A stretch of 64,000 nt of DNA, taken from NCBI GenBank assembly GCA_022574205.1, contig JACZSL010000001.1, positions 5,447-69,446 on the forward strand, given 5' to 3'. Positions 8,670-18,084 of the stretch are shown one piece after another. The notes below the pieces were generated by a model. That model saw only the letters and a list, made by a program, of their open reading frames with translations, had not been told where the DNA came from and ran no database searches. Every line of letters starts with the position of its first letter. Within the stretch, counting starts at the first letter, position 1. The position numbers were made by a program, and so were the translations under genes. Origin of the DNA: Patescibacteria group bacterium (GTDB taxonomy: Bacteria; Patescibacteriota; Minisyncoccia; Phycocordibacterales; JACZSL01).

Positions 8670-10337
8670 ATGAAAACACAATTTGGTTTTCTAAAGCTCT
8701 CGCGAGTGGTTACGCCACTCTTCCTCTTCTTTTTTCTGACAAGCTGCGGAGGTGGAGGCGGAGATACGCCCCCACCGCCACCACCTGTGGCCGATAACCC
8801 ACCCACCGTATCGATAGATTTGCCAACAAATGGCGCGACTGTGTCCGATATGGTTTCAGTCGAAGTAACGGCATCCGACGACAGGGGGGTTTCAAAAGTT
8901 GAACTCTTTGTCGACAATGTGTTGTCGTCGTTTATGACATCGGCGCCGTATGACTTTAGTTGGGATTCAACGGCGGTTGCAGACGGAGCGCATATCCTTA
9001 AGGTGGTTGCAACTGACACCAATAATCAGACCGCCACCAGTCAAATCACGATAACAAGTGATAATGGTCCTGTTACATTTCGCATAGACAAGCATCTATT
9101 GACGCCAGTGGCGGTTTACAAAGATGAACTTCCCACTGCTCTTATCACGTATCAAATAGAGATGCAACTTCCGGAGGGTTGGACAGCTTTTGTTCGATTT
9201 AACCGCAATACATTTGTGGTTGGAAACCATGACCTTGTCAATATTCCAATCGAGGATGACGATGGCGACGGTGTTTGGGAAGTAACTTTTGCTACCGGCA
9301 TTCCAGAACCTACTATTGAGTCGCGCGATGGAAAAACGGGTTATGTCAATATTCACATTTTCCTTCTTGATGAAAATGGTATGGAGGTTTTCATTAATTC
9401 TCCAAACGGAGCAAGCTCTAGAACATATCTGGGTGTAGTAGACCGTTCGATTAACTCCACCTTGAGCGCCACGTCCTCTCCTTCAATCATGAGGACTCGC
9501 TCCGCAATATTTTTGCGCGCGGATGACTTCCAGGGAACACTTCAGGATGTCCCAAGAGTCACGCGAACTGTGTACAGCGTCTACGACGATCGTTTTGACT
9601 ATCTGATTGTGTCAAACATTGGGTGGTCATACGGAACTGGTCCAAGAGGCGGGGGTATAAATCCTGCTTCTTTCGGTAGTGCGGGACGTCTCAAAGCAAG
9701 AGCATGGATGAATGACAGCCACAGCCATATAGGTGCAATACACGAAATACTGCATCATCGTCTGTTTTTCTTCAACGATCCCGCTCTTAATATGACCGTA
9801 GGAGATCTTAGGGGAGTTCATATGGGCGCCTGTAGTGACATTGGCCCCGTGTCCATAGGAAGATTTCTGACTGACAATGGAGACGGAACATCCACTTCGG
9901 GAGAACTAAGAACAGCCGATGGCGGTCCGTTAAGTCAACTCGCACTTCGGATGGCGGAGATATCGGCCTGGTGGAATGGTTTCCTTCCGTCGTTCACGCC
10001 TTTCAGGTGTGTGACGGATGAAAGCGTAGATGTGTGGTCCTCTGAACCAATATCAAATTCGTTGATTTCAACAATTGACGAAAATGCGGTCATATCTGTC
10101 TACGGCAATCCACCCTTGTCATACGCAACAGGTCAAAAGGATTATAACGGCATTCTGCTCGTCATATCCCAAGACGGATTTCCTGACGCGGCAACAGCTG
10201 ATTATTTCACGGCGCTCGGAGATCATCTGGCCGGAACAAGCGCCGGATACATGACGAGCAAATTCTTTGCAAGTCCCGGAAGTTTTAACTGGACTACCCG
10301 TGGCGAAGCAATACTGTCGTTTCCGACAGTTCCGTAG
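8670..10337 (+). CDS. Lipoprotein with Ig-like domain and HEXXH metallopeptidase-like region
   Basis: LTSC lipobox, poly-Gly/Pro linker, ASDDRGVSKVELFVD...PYDFSWDST..ADGAH Ig domain, AIHEILHH; AGGAGG RBS. Confidence 0.8.
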   Translation: MKTQFGFLKLSRVVTPLFLFFFLTSCGGGGGDTPPPPPPVADNPPTVSIDLPTNGATVSDMVSVEVTASDDRGVSKVELFVDNVLSSFMTSAPYDFSWDSTAVADGAHILKVVATDTNNQTATSQITITSDNGPVTFRIDKHLLTPVAVYKDELPTALITYQIEMQLPEGWTAFVRFNRNTFVVGNHDLVNIPIEDDDGDGVWEVTFATGIPEPTIESRDGKTGYVNIHIFLLDENGMEVFINSPNGASSRTYLGVVDRSINSTLSATSSPSIMRTRSAIFLRADDFQGTLQDVPRVTRTVYSVYDDRFDYLIVSNIGWSYGTGPRGGGINPASFGSAGRLKARAWMNDSHSHIGAIHEILHHRLFFFNDPALNMTVGDLRGVHMGACSDIGPVSIGRFLTDNGDGTSTSGELRTADGGPLSQLALRMAEISAWWNGFLPSFTPFRCVTDESVDVWSSEPISNSLISTIDENAVISVYGNPPLSYATGQKDYNGILLVISQDGFPDAATADYFTALGDHLAGTSAGYMTSKFFASPGSFNWTTRGEAILSFPTVP

Positions 10338-10367
10338 CTTCACGCAGTTTACAGACCAATGTAGATT

Positions 10368-10399
10368 TACCCGCTCTTGCAATGAGAGCGGGTTTTTTT
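10368..10399 (+). terminator. Intrinsic terminator
   Basis: ACCCGCTCT-TGCAATG-AGAGCGGGT + T-run. Confidence 0.8.
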
Positions 10400-10526
10400 A
10401 TTCATCACAGTAGGGTGTGGGGGTGTGTATAACACCACTATACTTCAGTTCATTTTCGCAATACAATACAGACCAAGAAAGCCGTGGAATGCGGCAGAGC
10501 TTGTTTTTATAACATTTTATATTTCT

Positions 10527-10991
10527 ATGGGAAACAAACACACGCTATTCACTATTATTGTCATAGTTATCGTGGCCGTTGGTGTATATCAGATTTTTGA
10601 TTCTGGAGGTAATTCCGGCGGGTCTGCAGTAGTTGACAAAGAAAAGGCAGTCGAAGCTGCTTTTGAGGAACTTCTGGATACTCTGAACGTGAACGTGGTC
10701 AGACTTGCAGACAATGACGCCAATGGGCTATATCTGGTTCATCCAGACACCGGCATGACGTTCTACACAACTCCCGGAGAATGTGTCGGGGAGTGTTTGG
10801 TCAGGTGGCCGCCTCATACGGCCAAACAGGCGTTTGAGGATGGAAGTATAGGAACCACGCTTCGATCTGACACGGGAGAATACCAGTACACATGGAAAGG
10901 AGAAGCGCTTTATACATTTACTGACGATGAGTTTCCAAACAGTGTTTTAGGCGATGGATTTAAGGATGTTTGGAGGATTGCAAGGCCATAA
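10527..10991 (+). CDS. Membrane-anchored protein with secreted Y-X4-D repeat (Lipoprotein_15-like)
   Basis: TM; GMTFYT..C.GECLVRWPP; QYTWKGEALYTFTDD; GDGFKDVW. Confidence 0.75.
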   Translation: MGNKHTLFTIIVIVIVAVGVYQIFDSGGNSGGSAVVDKEKAVEAAFEELLDTLNVNVVRLADNDANGLYLVHPDTGMTFYTTPGECVGECLVRWPPHTAKQAFEDGSIGTTLRSDTGEYQYTWKGEALYTFTDDEFPNSVLGDGFKDVWRIARP

Positions 10992-11007
10992 TGTTTAGTT
11001 CGCGTAT

Positions 11008-13002
11008 ATGTCAGCGCAAAATATTTTCAGCATAAACAGAAAAAAACTCTTTCTAGTTCTCATAGTGCTTTTTGCCGTGCTGGTTTTTGCATTTCCACAA
11101 ACCACGTCGGCGGCATCTATAGCAACCACCGGACAATCCGCGGATGGATTTCTATGTAGTGATTCTTGGACTACGCCTTTTATGAGTACTGCCATCACCT
11201 GGGCTACAAACCAAGGTGTGCCAGGGCCGGATGTTCTAAACATGAGAAATGATATTTTTAGTTTTTTTGGGGCTCCAGGCGGACCAGAAGGAAATATAAA
11301 AACATTGTCAGATAGCAGTGGAGTTTTAAGTTGGAATCTTCGTCAAGTTCAGGGAATTCCTGGGGATGGTCAACGTTGCCAGGCGAGAATCACCGCGGCC
11401 ACTAGTTTTCCACCTCCTCTACCACCAGAAATAACAATAGACGCAAATGGAAATGATCCAGAAACAATAACAGAAGGAGAGAGTGTAATAATAAACTGGT
11501 CTGTTGCAAATAATAATTCTGGCAGTTGCTCTGCAAGCGGAGACTGGTTTGGGTCGAAAAATCCAACAGTAGGCAGTGAGTCCCAAGGTTCACCGAGCGC
11601 AGGACCATATACCTACACATTAGAGTGTACTAACTCCGACGGCTCTGATACCAAGTCTGTAAACGTTACCGTCAATTCTGCACCTCCAGAACTCACTGTC
11701 ACTCCTCCGTCCCTTGCTTTTGGGGATGTGACTGTGCTCTCCCCATCATTACTTGACTTTACTGTAACGAACACGGGAGGTGGAACGCTTTCAGGAGATG
11801 TTCTGTCCGCCGGTCTCACTACCCCGGAATTTGAGTGTTTAAGTAACTGTTTCTACGGTCCAATTTCTGTCGGTGCCCCATGGGATGTCACAATACGTTT
11901 CATTCCAACTGACACGATAAGCTACAGTGATACAGCAATATTTTCTTGCACATCAGGGTGCAGTAATGCTGATCAAAGCAGAGATGTGACAGGAAACGGG
12001 GTTGCGGGGCCGCCGCCAACAGCTGACTCGTTTGATCCTCCAACCGCTACAATTGCACAAGGCAGCACTGTCACACTTACATGGACGAGTACAGGCGCAG
12101 ATCCGGACGGGTGCACAATTGATGACTCAACCACAGGAATTCCGTACACCCCTCTTGCCGAAGATGGAACTTTGGATGTACAGCCTGACTCTGACACAAC
12201 ATATACTCTCACCTGTTCAAATGCATCCGGCGCATCGAACGCGCTCACATCAGTTATTACCGTAAATCCTCCTCCACAGATCACAGATTTTAGAGCCACA
12301 CCAGACACATTTACTGCTCCGGGATCCTCCATACTTGATTGGGATTCTACTGGAGCGACAAGTTGCTTAGGATCTGGATTTAATACAGGTGGAGCAACAA
12401 ACGGTTTTGTTACTGTCTCACCAAGCGTCACAACAACATACATGCTAACGTGCTCAGGTCCTGGCGGACCAGATCATGTTCTGACTGTTGACGTGACTGT
12501 GAACGAGCCGCTGAATGTAACTTTGGACCCGGGAGATAGTAGTGTGGTCGAAGGACAATCAACAATTCTCAGTTGGGATGGTGGAGGAGCGACGAGCTGC
12601 ACAGGATTTGGATTTAATACAGGCGGAGCAACAAGCGGTAACGTGCAAGTGACACCAGTGGCACCTGCGTCAACATACAGAGTGACATGTACTGTTCCCG
12701 GAGACTCAGACACCGCTGAAGTAATAATAACGGTAAAAAGCCCTGCAATTAGCATTAGTGTTAATCCTCGGATAGTAATTCCCGACAGGACAATAGTGAT
12801 ATCGTGGACGACAGTAGACATGGACTCCTGTGAATTGCTTGACCCCGGGGGCATTGGTGTTGCAAGCGGTATCAATAGTTCCTACACCACGCCAGCAATC
12901 ACAGCTGACGGCACGTATACGCTAAACTGTACCGCATTGGGCGAGCTCTTTTCAGCCACAGTCATGGTAAAAATATTCAGCCCACGGTTTGAAGAAATTT
13001 AG
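11008..13002 (+). CDS. Large secreted/surface protein with tandem Ig/PKD-like repeats
   Basis: Signal peptide; repeated ST.LSW...GATSC.G.GFNTGGAT.G...V.P..TTTY.LTC units; LAFGDV..FTVTNTGGGTL domain. Confidence 0.85.
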   Translation: MSAQNIFSINRKKLFLVLIVLFAVLVFAFPQTTSAASIATTGQSADGFLCSDSWTTPFMSTAITWATNQGVPGPDVLNMRNDIFSFFGAPGGPEGNIKTLSDSSGVLSWNLRQVQGIPGDGQRCQARITAATSFPPPLPPEITIDANGNDPETITEGESVIINWSVANNNSGSCSASGDWFGSKNPTVGSESQGSPSAGPYTYTLECTNSDGSDTKSVNVTVNSAPPELTVTPPSLAFGDVTVLSPSLLDFTVTNTGGGTLSGDVLSAGLTTPEFECLSNCFYGPISVGAPWDVTIRFIPTDTISYSDTAIFSCTSGCSNADQSRDVTGNGVAGPPPTADSFDPPTATIAQGSTVTLTWTSTGADPDGCTIDDSTTGIPYTPLAEDGTLDVQPDSDTTYTLTCSNASGASNALTSVITVNPPPQITDFRATPDTFTAPGSSILDWDSTGATSCLGSGFNTGGATNGFVTVSPSVTTTYMLTCSGPGGPDHVLTVDVTVNEPLNVTLDPGDSSVVEGQSTILSWDGGGATSCTGFGFNTGGATSGNVQVTPVAPASTYRVTCTVPGDSDTAEVIITVKSPAISISVNPRIVIPDRTIVISWTTVDMDSCELLDPGGIGVASGINSSYTTPAITADGTYTLNCTALGELFSATVMVKIFSPRFEEI

Positions 13003-13018
13003 GAGGTAGATATTGAAG

Positions 13019-13054
13019 AAAAAGAATCCTTGCTTTAAAGCAAGGATTCTTTTT
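13019..13054. terminator. Bidirectional terminator-like palindrome
   Basis: AAAAAGAATCCTTGCTTTAAAGCAAGGATTCTTTTT. Confidence 0.75.
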
Positions 13055-13251
13055 TGTATCACCTTATACGGTGGGAGTCCTAGTCATTACCCGTGACACT
13101 TGACTTCCGTTTATTTTTCAGTCACGATATATGAAGATGTTCAGGGCTTTTTTATGCTTGGCTAGCTAAACGCGTAAATGCCGTCATAATCAACCCTAAA
13201 CAGCAGTATGTGGCGGTATTTGTATTCCAACTAACTAAAAAGAGTTAGAAA

Positions 13252-13710
13252 ATGAACGTACAACCAAGAACTGTCAAACAGGCATACGATGCTATGAAGA
13301 AATGGGATTTCAGCGTCGTTGAGAATTACCTGGAACGGAAAAAGGGTTATGCTGTCGAGAAGATCGCTGGTATGAAGGAAGAGTATATGCGCTTCCTCTC
13401 GCTGGTGATCGGCGAGCAAACCCCTGCTCCGATCTCGTATGAGGTCGATCCTTTCTGGCATGTGCATGTTCTGCATACGATGAACTACATCCCCTTCTCG
13501 CAAGAAGTGGCTGGTGGCTTCCTTCATCACAATCCTGTTGCGACTGAAGAAGAGCGTCTGGCACTACAAGATGAATACGATGGATTCATCGCGCTGTACA
13601 AGAAGCATTACGGCGAACCTGACCCTGCATTCTGGGGTGGTAGCGACATGGTGTGCATATGCTGCTGTCCTGGTAGTATTTCGCCCCTGCCACAAGGCAT
13701 GGCGGCTTGA
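13252..13710 (+). CDS. GRDP-like (glycine-rich domain protein-like) protein with C-terminal CICCC tail
   Basis: EYMRFLSL, VDPFWHVHVLHTMNY, FLHHNP, LYKKHYGEP..FW motifs. Confidence 0.75.
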   Translation: MNVQPRTVKQAYDAMKKWDFSVVENYLERKKGYAVEKIAGMKEEYMRFLSLVIGEQTPAPISYEVDPFWHVHVLHTMNYIPFSQEVAGGFLHHNPVATEEERLALQDEYDGFIALYKKHYGEPDPAFWGGSDMVCICCCPGSISPLPQGMAA

Positions 13711-13754
13711 TGAGTAAAGGACGTGGTGTAAAAACCGCGTCCAATTTTATTACT

Positions 13755-14060
13755 ATGATTATAGAAAAAATAAAAAAAGAAAAAGTAGAAGAACTCAAAG
13801 CATGGGGCAAACGTCTCATGGGTGATTTGCATGAAGAAGCAATAGCCTCAATGCGAGAGGAAAATATAACACACGAGTACATGGGCATCTTTGAGATTGA
13901 TGGAGAATGGTATGGAGTTGGTTTTATGCAAGGAGAAAATATACAGCCAGCAACTGATAAAGAAATTAATAATGCACATAAAAAGATTATGAAAGAAGCA
14001 TGCGGTAAGAGAATATCTATTGAGACTATCTATCGTTTAAAAGATAAGGATGATTCCTAG
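13755..14060 (+). CDS. Small hypothetical protein (DUF6176-like)
   Basis: LKAW..L...EEAIASMREENI..E pattern; family call from memory. Confidence 0.55.
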   Translation: MIIEKIKKEKVEELKAWGKRLMGDLHEEAIASMREENITHEYMGIFEIDGEWYGVGFMQGENIQPATDKEINNAHKKIMKEACGKRISIETIYRLKDKDDS

Positions 14061-14194
14061 TTTCTATTAAGAGTTTGTATTTGAAATATACACGACGGAA
14101 ACATATCAATAATTTCACTCTGCTCTAATTCTTCCTGTATCTTCCTCCAATTAAGAGTTCTGAACCTACCCTGTCGCTGGAGCAAAAAATAATT

Positions 14195-14234
14195 TACCAA
14201 GGTCCGACCTCCGCACGGAGGTCGGACCTTGGTA
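14195..14234. repeat. REP-like perfect hairpin
   Basis: TACCAAGGTCCGACCTCCG-CA-CGGAGGTCGGACCTTGGTA, 19-bp arms. Confidence 0.9.
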
Positions 14235-14364
14235 TTTGTATTCCTCGTCCACATAAAAAAGATTGACACTTTGTCACTTCTAGTGTACACATACGCACAG
14301 ACTGGAAACTAAGTCTAGATCTTTTCAAAATTCAACTTCATAAATTACAGAAAGGAGAGCTATT

Positions 14365-15450
14365 ATGCTCAAGAAACTACTGCTTACGCTTGTACTCATG
14401 CTCGTCTCGAGTATGACATTTGCAGGTCAGTTTGCTATACCGCAGCACTCTGTTATTGCACAACGTGGAGACACAGTTCTCGGGACGTGGTGGAGTTTAC
14501 ACCACATCGGATTTGAGGCAATTGGTATCAATCAAAATGCCTATTGCGACATTTTCCGAGCTCGGAATGCACAGTTTTTCTCAATCAACACTCGTGGCTG
14601 CACAAACTCCGGATTCAATAAGTTAGGGACAGGAGTTGTTTGGAACATTCCGATTCCCCCCGTAAAACTTGTCGCCGCTTCCGGTGAGGTAATCATTCTT
14701 GCCGAAAGGCCCGATGGTTCATTAGTCCCCGAAATTATGTCGCAAGAGGAGGTGGCAATAGCAGGGGCAATGGCCACGGAGCGTGAAATGTCTGCTTTGC
14801 AAGTCAGCGAGCTTAAAAGTGAGCTTCTAAATGCATCCGACACAATTGTGGAGAATGAGTCAGAAATTCGAGCGCTAGAAATTGTTGTAGGTCAATACCG
14901 ACAGGCCGAGGAGAGCACGTCTCTTCTGGCAAAGTCTCTTGGCATTGTTGGCCTGCTGTCAGCCACTCTTATAGCAGTGGGTGCGGCATTGCTCATATCT
15001 CTATACCCACTGATGAAGCGAAAAAACAGGAAGCTTGCGGCAGAACTGGAGGAGGTTAAGAAATCACGCGATGCTTTACGCTCCACTCTGGAGGGAGAGA
15101 ATAAGGCGCTTATGGCAAAGATAAAGGAGATTCGTAACCGAGAGAAAAGACTGCGTAGGGCGATATTAAGAACGAACGTTTTGCTGGAGTTGCCAAGCGA
15201 TTTAAGGCAGGTTGACGGCCTTGATGTGTACTTACCGATACTTCGTTTTGTAGACAAGGATGTCAATAACATTCCTGTAGTATATCTTCTGGGGGCGCCG
15301 AACGGGATTGTCTTTGATAACCCAAAGAAAGTGTGGAAGCATCTTTCAGAATACGGAGAGGCTGCAGAAAAGTCCCGGAGGCAATTGGGCATCGAAAGGT
15401 GTGTTGTCACACTAAGGAGCGGTCAAGACGTCGCTCAACTCCAAAAATAA
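14365..15450 (+). CDS. Secreted/membrane protein with coiled coils either side of a TM helix
   Basis: Signal peptide, internal TM, heptad-rich segments; AAAGGAG RBS. Confidence 0.75.
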   Translation: MLKKLLLTLVLMLVSSMTFAGQFAIPQHSVIAQRGDTVLGTWWSLHHIGFEAIGINQNAYCDIFRARNAQFFSINTRGCTNSGFNKLGTGVVWNIPIPPVKLVAASGEVIILAERPDGSLVPEIMSQEEVAIAGAMATEREMSALQVSELKSELLNASDTIVENESEIRALEIVVGQYRQAEESTSLLAKSLGIVGLLSATLIAVGAALLISLYPLMKRKNRKLAAELEEVKKSRDALRSTLEGENKALMAKIKEIRNREKRLRRAILRTNVLLELPSDLRQVDGLDVYLPILRFVDKDVNNIPVVYLLGAPNGIVFDNPKKVWKHLSEYGEAAEKSRRQLGIERCVVTLRSGQDVAQLQK

Positions 15451-15606
15451 CTACTTATGAAACTGGAAGGCGAGGGAAACCGAGTGCGGAAGGTATTCAT
15501 CATAGGTTTGACTCTGAAGGTCTTAAACAGATGCGGAAGAGTAGATAGAGTAGATATGGTAGATTGGGGCGCTGTTGTGGTAAAACACACAGCGCCTTTT
15601 CATTTT

Positions 15607-15776
15607 ACCCCCACACCTTTCATGGCGTTGTGGTTTTTGCTAAGTAAGTCAATATGGTGGTGTACACAGAATTTAATGATGAATTTAGTTATTATTGCAG
15701 TATGTTAAACAAACCACGTTTCGCCACGCCATTAAAGGTGTGGGGGTTTACATATAAAGGTGTGGGGGTTTACATA
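15607..15776. repeat. MITE-like element with 22-bp inverted repeats (ACCCCCACACCTTT) and tandem-duplicated right end
   Basis: 15607-15628 vs 15726-15747 inverted 21/22; 22-bp tandem copies 15733-15754 and 15755-15776. Confidence 0.75.
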
Positions 15777-15825
15777 AAAAAAACCCGCCTTTTTAAGGGC
15801 GGGCCTCCATAATGAAGTTTGGGAA

Positions 15826-17118
15826 CTAGGGTGTAACGTATTCTATTTGCCTAAGCCCAAAATCGTTCGGACCACGGTCGAGGATTATCGTATCAGCGAC
15901 TGGCGGGGAAGTAGGGTCTGGCGCTTTGGCAACCTCTTCTGTCGGAGGCGCTTCCGGCATTTCTTCTTCGGTTTCCGATACCTTTTTCGGCTTGAACTTA
16001 ATAGGAATACCGCCAGGATCAGGCGTCGCCACAATCCAAGTATTGCCTAAGAGCGCTCGAGTGAAGGATTTTCCGTCGGTAATTGCACCACCTCCACCAA
16101 ACCCTGCAACAGAACGTTCAGATGAAAATGCCTTTGAAATGCTCGTAAGAAGATTGAGTCCACGGCCGCCTGTCGTGACACTGCGGTTGGCAGTCACTGA
16201 CTCCGGCATCGCCACAAGGTTAATTTCCCCAACGCCTTTTACATACCTCAAGACATACTTTGCAACGTCTGCTTGTATTGCCCCCAAGGGATTTATTTTC
16301 TTTGACTCTGACTCTGCGGTCACAATCCCAAGGCACTTCTGCGATCCTTCCGGCAATAAAAACCTCACCGTGTCAGCACGGCTTTTTCTTGCTTTAGCCA
16401 CGAGGTTCTGGTGTGGGACAAAAACAATGCGCGTGCCGCCAACCTTTCCTTCCTCCGGTATAAGAGGCTTACCGCGAGTATACTGCTGTTCGCACTCAGA
16501 GTTAAACCACTCTGCCAACCTTATTCCTCCTTCGGCTGCGTCCACTGACTCATTGAAGAGCTGTGGTTCCGGCAAAAATGGAGTACTGACATGCAGTATA
16601 CCCGGCAGTGGTTCGGGCGAGACAAACGTAACGGTCTGCGTTGGAGCAACATTTACGTCTCCGGTGGAGACGTTTACGTCACCTGTGGTGAGACTCACGT
16701 CGCCGTCGTTAACCGTCACACTTTGGTCACCGGTTCTTATCGCGCCATCAGCAATATTTACGCTGCCGCCAGTTGCCGTGGCACTACTACCTTCTACGTT
16801 AACCGTGTTGCTATTATCGTTCTTGTTAACGTTTTTGTTTTTGATGTCGATATCGTTCTTGTTAACGTTTTTGTTGTGAATGTCGATATCGTTCTTGTTA
16901 ACGTTTTTGTTGTGAATGTCGACTGTGGCACTACCCCCATACGCGGTCGATTTAGCAACCGCTTTCGCGCTTTGGCTTTGCTTCTGACCCTGCTTTTGCT
17001 TCTGTTTCTGACTCTGCTCCTGATTTGGAGCCGACGGTTTGTATCGATCATCTGCGAACGTGGTTGTCGACGCGAAAAGCGCAATAACAAACAGTACAAA
17101 CAACATTTTTGTATTCAT
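15826..17118 (-). CDS. Secreted protein with low-complexity Gln/Lys and Asn-rich repeats
   Basis: Signal peptide; QKQKQKQ; (DIHNKNVNKNDI)x3; TGDV repeats; GAGAGG RBS-like. Confidence 0.8.
   Translation of the reverse strand: MNTKMLFVLFVIALFASTTTFADDRYKPSAPNQEQSQKQKQKQGQKQSQSAKAVAKSTAYGGSATVDIHNKNVNKNDIDIHNKNVNKNDIDIKNKNVNKNDNSNTVNVEGSSATATGGSVNIADGAIRTGDQSVTVNDGDVSLTTGDVNVSTGDVNVAPTQTVTFVSPEPLPGILHVSTPFLPEPQLFNESVDAAEGGIRLAEWFNSECEQQYTRGKPLIPEEGKVGGTRIVFVPHQNLVAKARKSRADTVRFLLPEGSQKCLGIVTAESESKKINPLGAIQADVAKYVLRYVKGVGEINLVAMPESVTANRSVTTGGRGLNLLTSISKAFSSERSVAGFGGGGAITDGKSFTRALLGNTWIVATPDPGGIPIKFKPKKVSETEEEMPEAPPTEEVAKAPDPTSPPVADTIILDRGPNDFGLRQIEYVTP
16816..16922. repeat. 36-bp intragenic tandem repeat x3
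   Basis: ATCGTTCTTGTTAACGTTTTTGTT(G/T)TG..TGTCGAT units. Confidence 0.9.
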
Positions 17119-17234
17119 TTTCGCCTACCTCTCTGTGTATCAAGTTACAAGTTGTCCTATATTCCGTAGCCATTTTACGTAGCTTTTTCAAATTGTCAAG
17201 GTTTTAAAACCATAAGACTACCGGTGGTTTTTGC

Positions 17235-17270
17235 CTACCTTTAAAACAGCGTTATTTTCTGGTACTATTT
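17235..17270. repeat. 36-bp direct repeat of trpS upstream region, copy 1
   Basis: 35/36 identical to 19518-19553; followed by ATGGCAGA at 17276. Confidence 0.95.
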
Positions 17271-17764
17271 TGCCGATGGCAGAGAAGGGATTGCTTTATT
17301 CCTCTTTTATATTTTTCAAGTGAGGGAAGACCGAGTGACTCTCGTCGCTTATCTACATTTTTTTCGTCTCTTATGGGTAGAAAAGCAACGCTACCATTTT
17401 TTACTTTGTATTGTGTGCCGTACATTTGCTCACCACCTGAAATTACTTTAATTTTATCTACCAACATCGCCTCATCTTTTCTTTCTACATTTGAATCATT
17501 CTGTCGGTGCATTTCTAAGTATTGCTTCATAAGGGGAATATCACCAGAGTGTAGAACCAATACTAACATTGCTTTATATGTGTTTTCTCCGTATTGCTTT
17601 GTGACAATACCATGTTGTTTAAGAATTTGTTTAACCCTTGTTGTATTCTTTTTCACTCGCTCCAGCCAGATTCGTCTGTCAATTTTGCGTTGAGAAAATG
17701 CAGCGATTATTTCTTGATCGTTTTTGAGAAGCCCTCTTAGCTCTTTGATTATATCTTTCGTCAC
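17252..17764 (-). CDS. DUF6624-like protein
   Basis: LVLH..D, LVDKI.V..G.EQMYGTQY, PIRDEKNVDKRRESLGLPSLEKY. Confidence 0.75.
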   Translation of the reverse strand: MTKDIIKELRGLLKNDQEIIAAFSQRKIDRRIWLERVKKNTTRVKQILKQHGIVTKQYGENTYKAMLVLVLHSGDIPLMKQYLEMHRQNDSNVERKDEAMLVDKIKVISGGEQMYGTQYKVKNGSVAFLPIRDEKNVDKRRESLGLPSLEKYKRGIKQSLLCHRQNSTRK

Positions 17765-17778
17765 ATTCTCATTCTACA

Positions 17779-17815
17779 AAAAGGGCCGCGAACACACAAA
17801 CGTGTTCGTGGCCTT
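17779..17815 (-). terminator. Intrinsic terminator after precursor peptide
   Basis: GGCCGCGAACAC-ACAAAC-GTGTTCGTGGCC hairpin; A-run on plus gives U-tract on minus. Confidence 0.75.
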
Positions 17816-17853
17816 GCTGGTTACCCTAATCACCGACTGATTTGTCGTGTCGG

Positions 17854-18009
17854 TTAGATGGTGTCACTACAATCGGAATAAGGATCCTTCGTGTCGGTTT
17901 CCATCGCAATGCCAGGTTCACTGGCATCTGCCACATCCACCTCAACTTGTTCCGCAAATTGAAACATGAAGGGGTCCAGCGGTGTTGAAGGATCGTCGCT
18001 CTTTTTCAT
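17854..18009 (-). CDS. 51-aa graspetide (microviridin-like) precursor MKKSDDPSTPLDPFMFQFAEQVEVDVADASEPGIAMETDTKDPYSDCSDTI
   Basis: Manually translated; GGAGA RBS 5 nt before ATG; PFMFQFAE like leader PFFARFL; T/K/S/D-rich C-terminal core; directly downstream of ligase. Confidence 0.85.
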   Translation of the reverse strand: MKKSDDPSTPLDPFMFQFAEQVEVDVADASEPGIAMETDTKDPYSDCSDTI

Positions 18010-18084
18010 ACATTTCTCCAATCGGCCGTGTTGATTCAGAGTCGTTGTAGCTTCAGATTTACTCTAACAAAAACTTGTTACTTG

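Noticed and set aside
15457-15708. 83-aa ORF
   Set aside because: Runs through a hairpin and the repeat element; no recognisable motif
15926-16879. 317-aa plus-strand ORF
   Set aside because: Antisense shadow of the signal-peptide-bearing 15826-17118 gene
16816-16922. 36-bp repeats as CRISPR
   Set aside because: Contiguous in-frame coding tandem repeat without spacers
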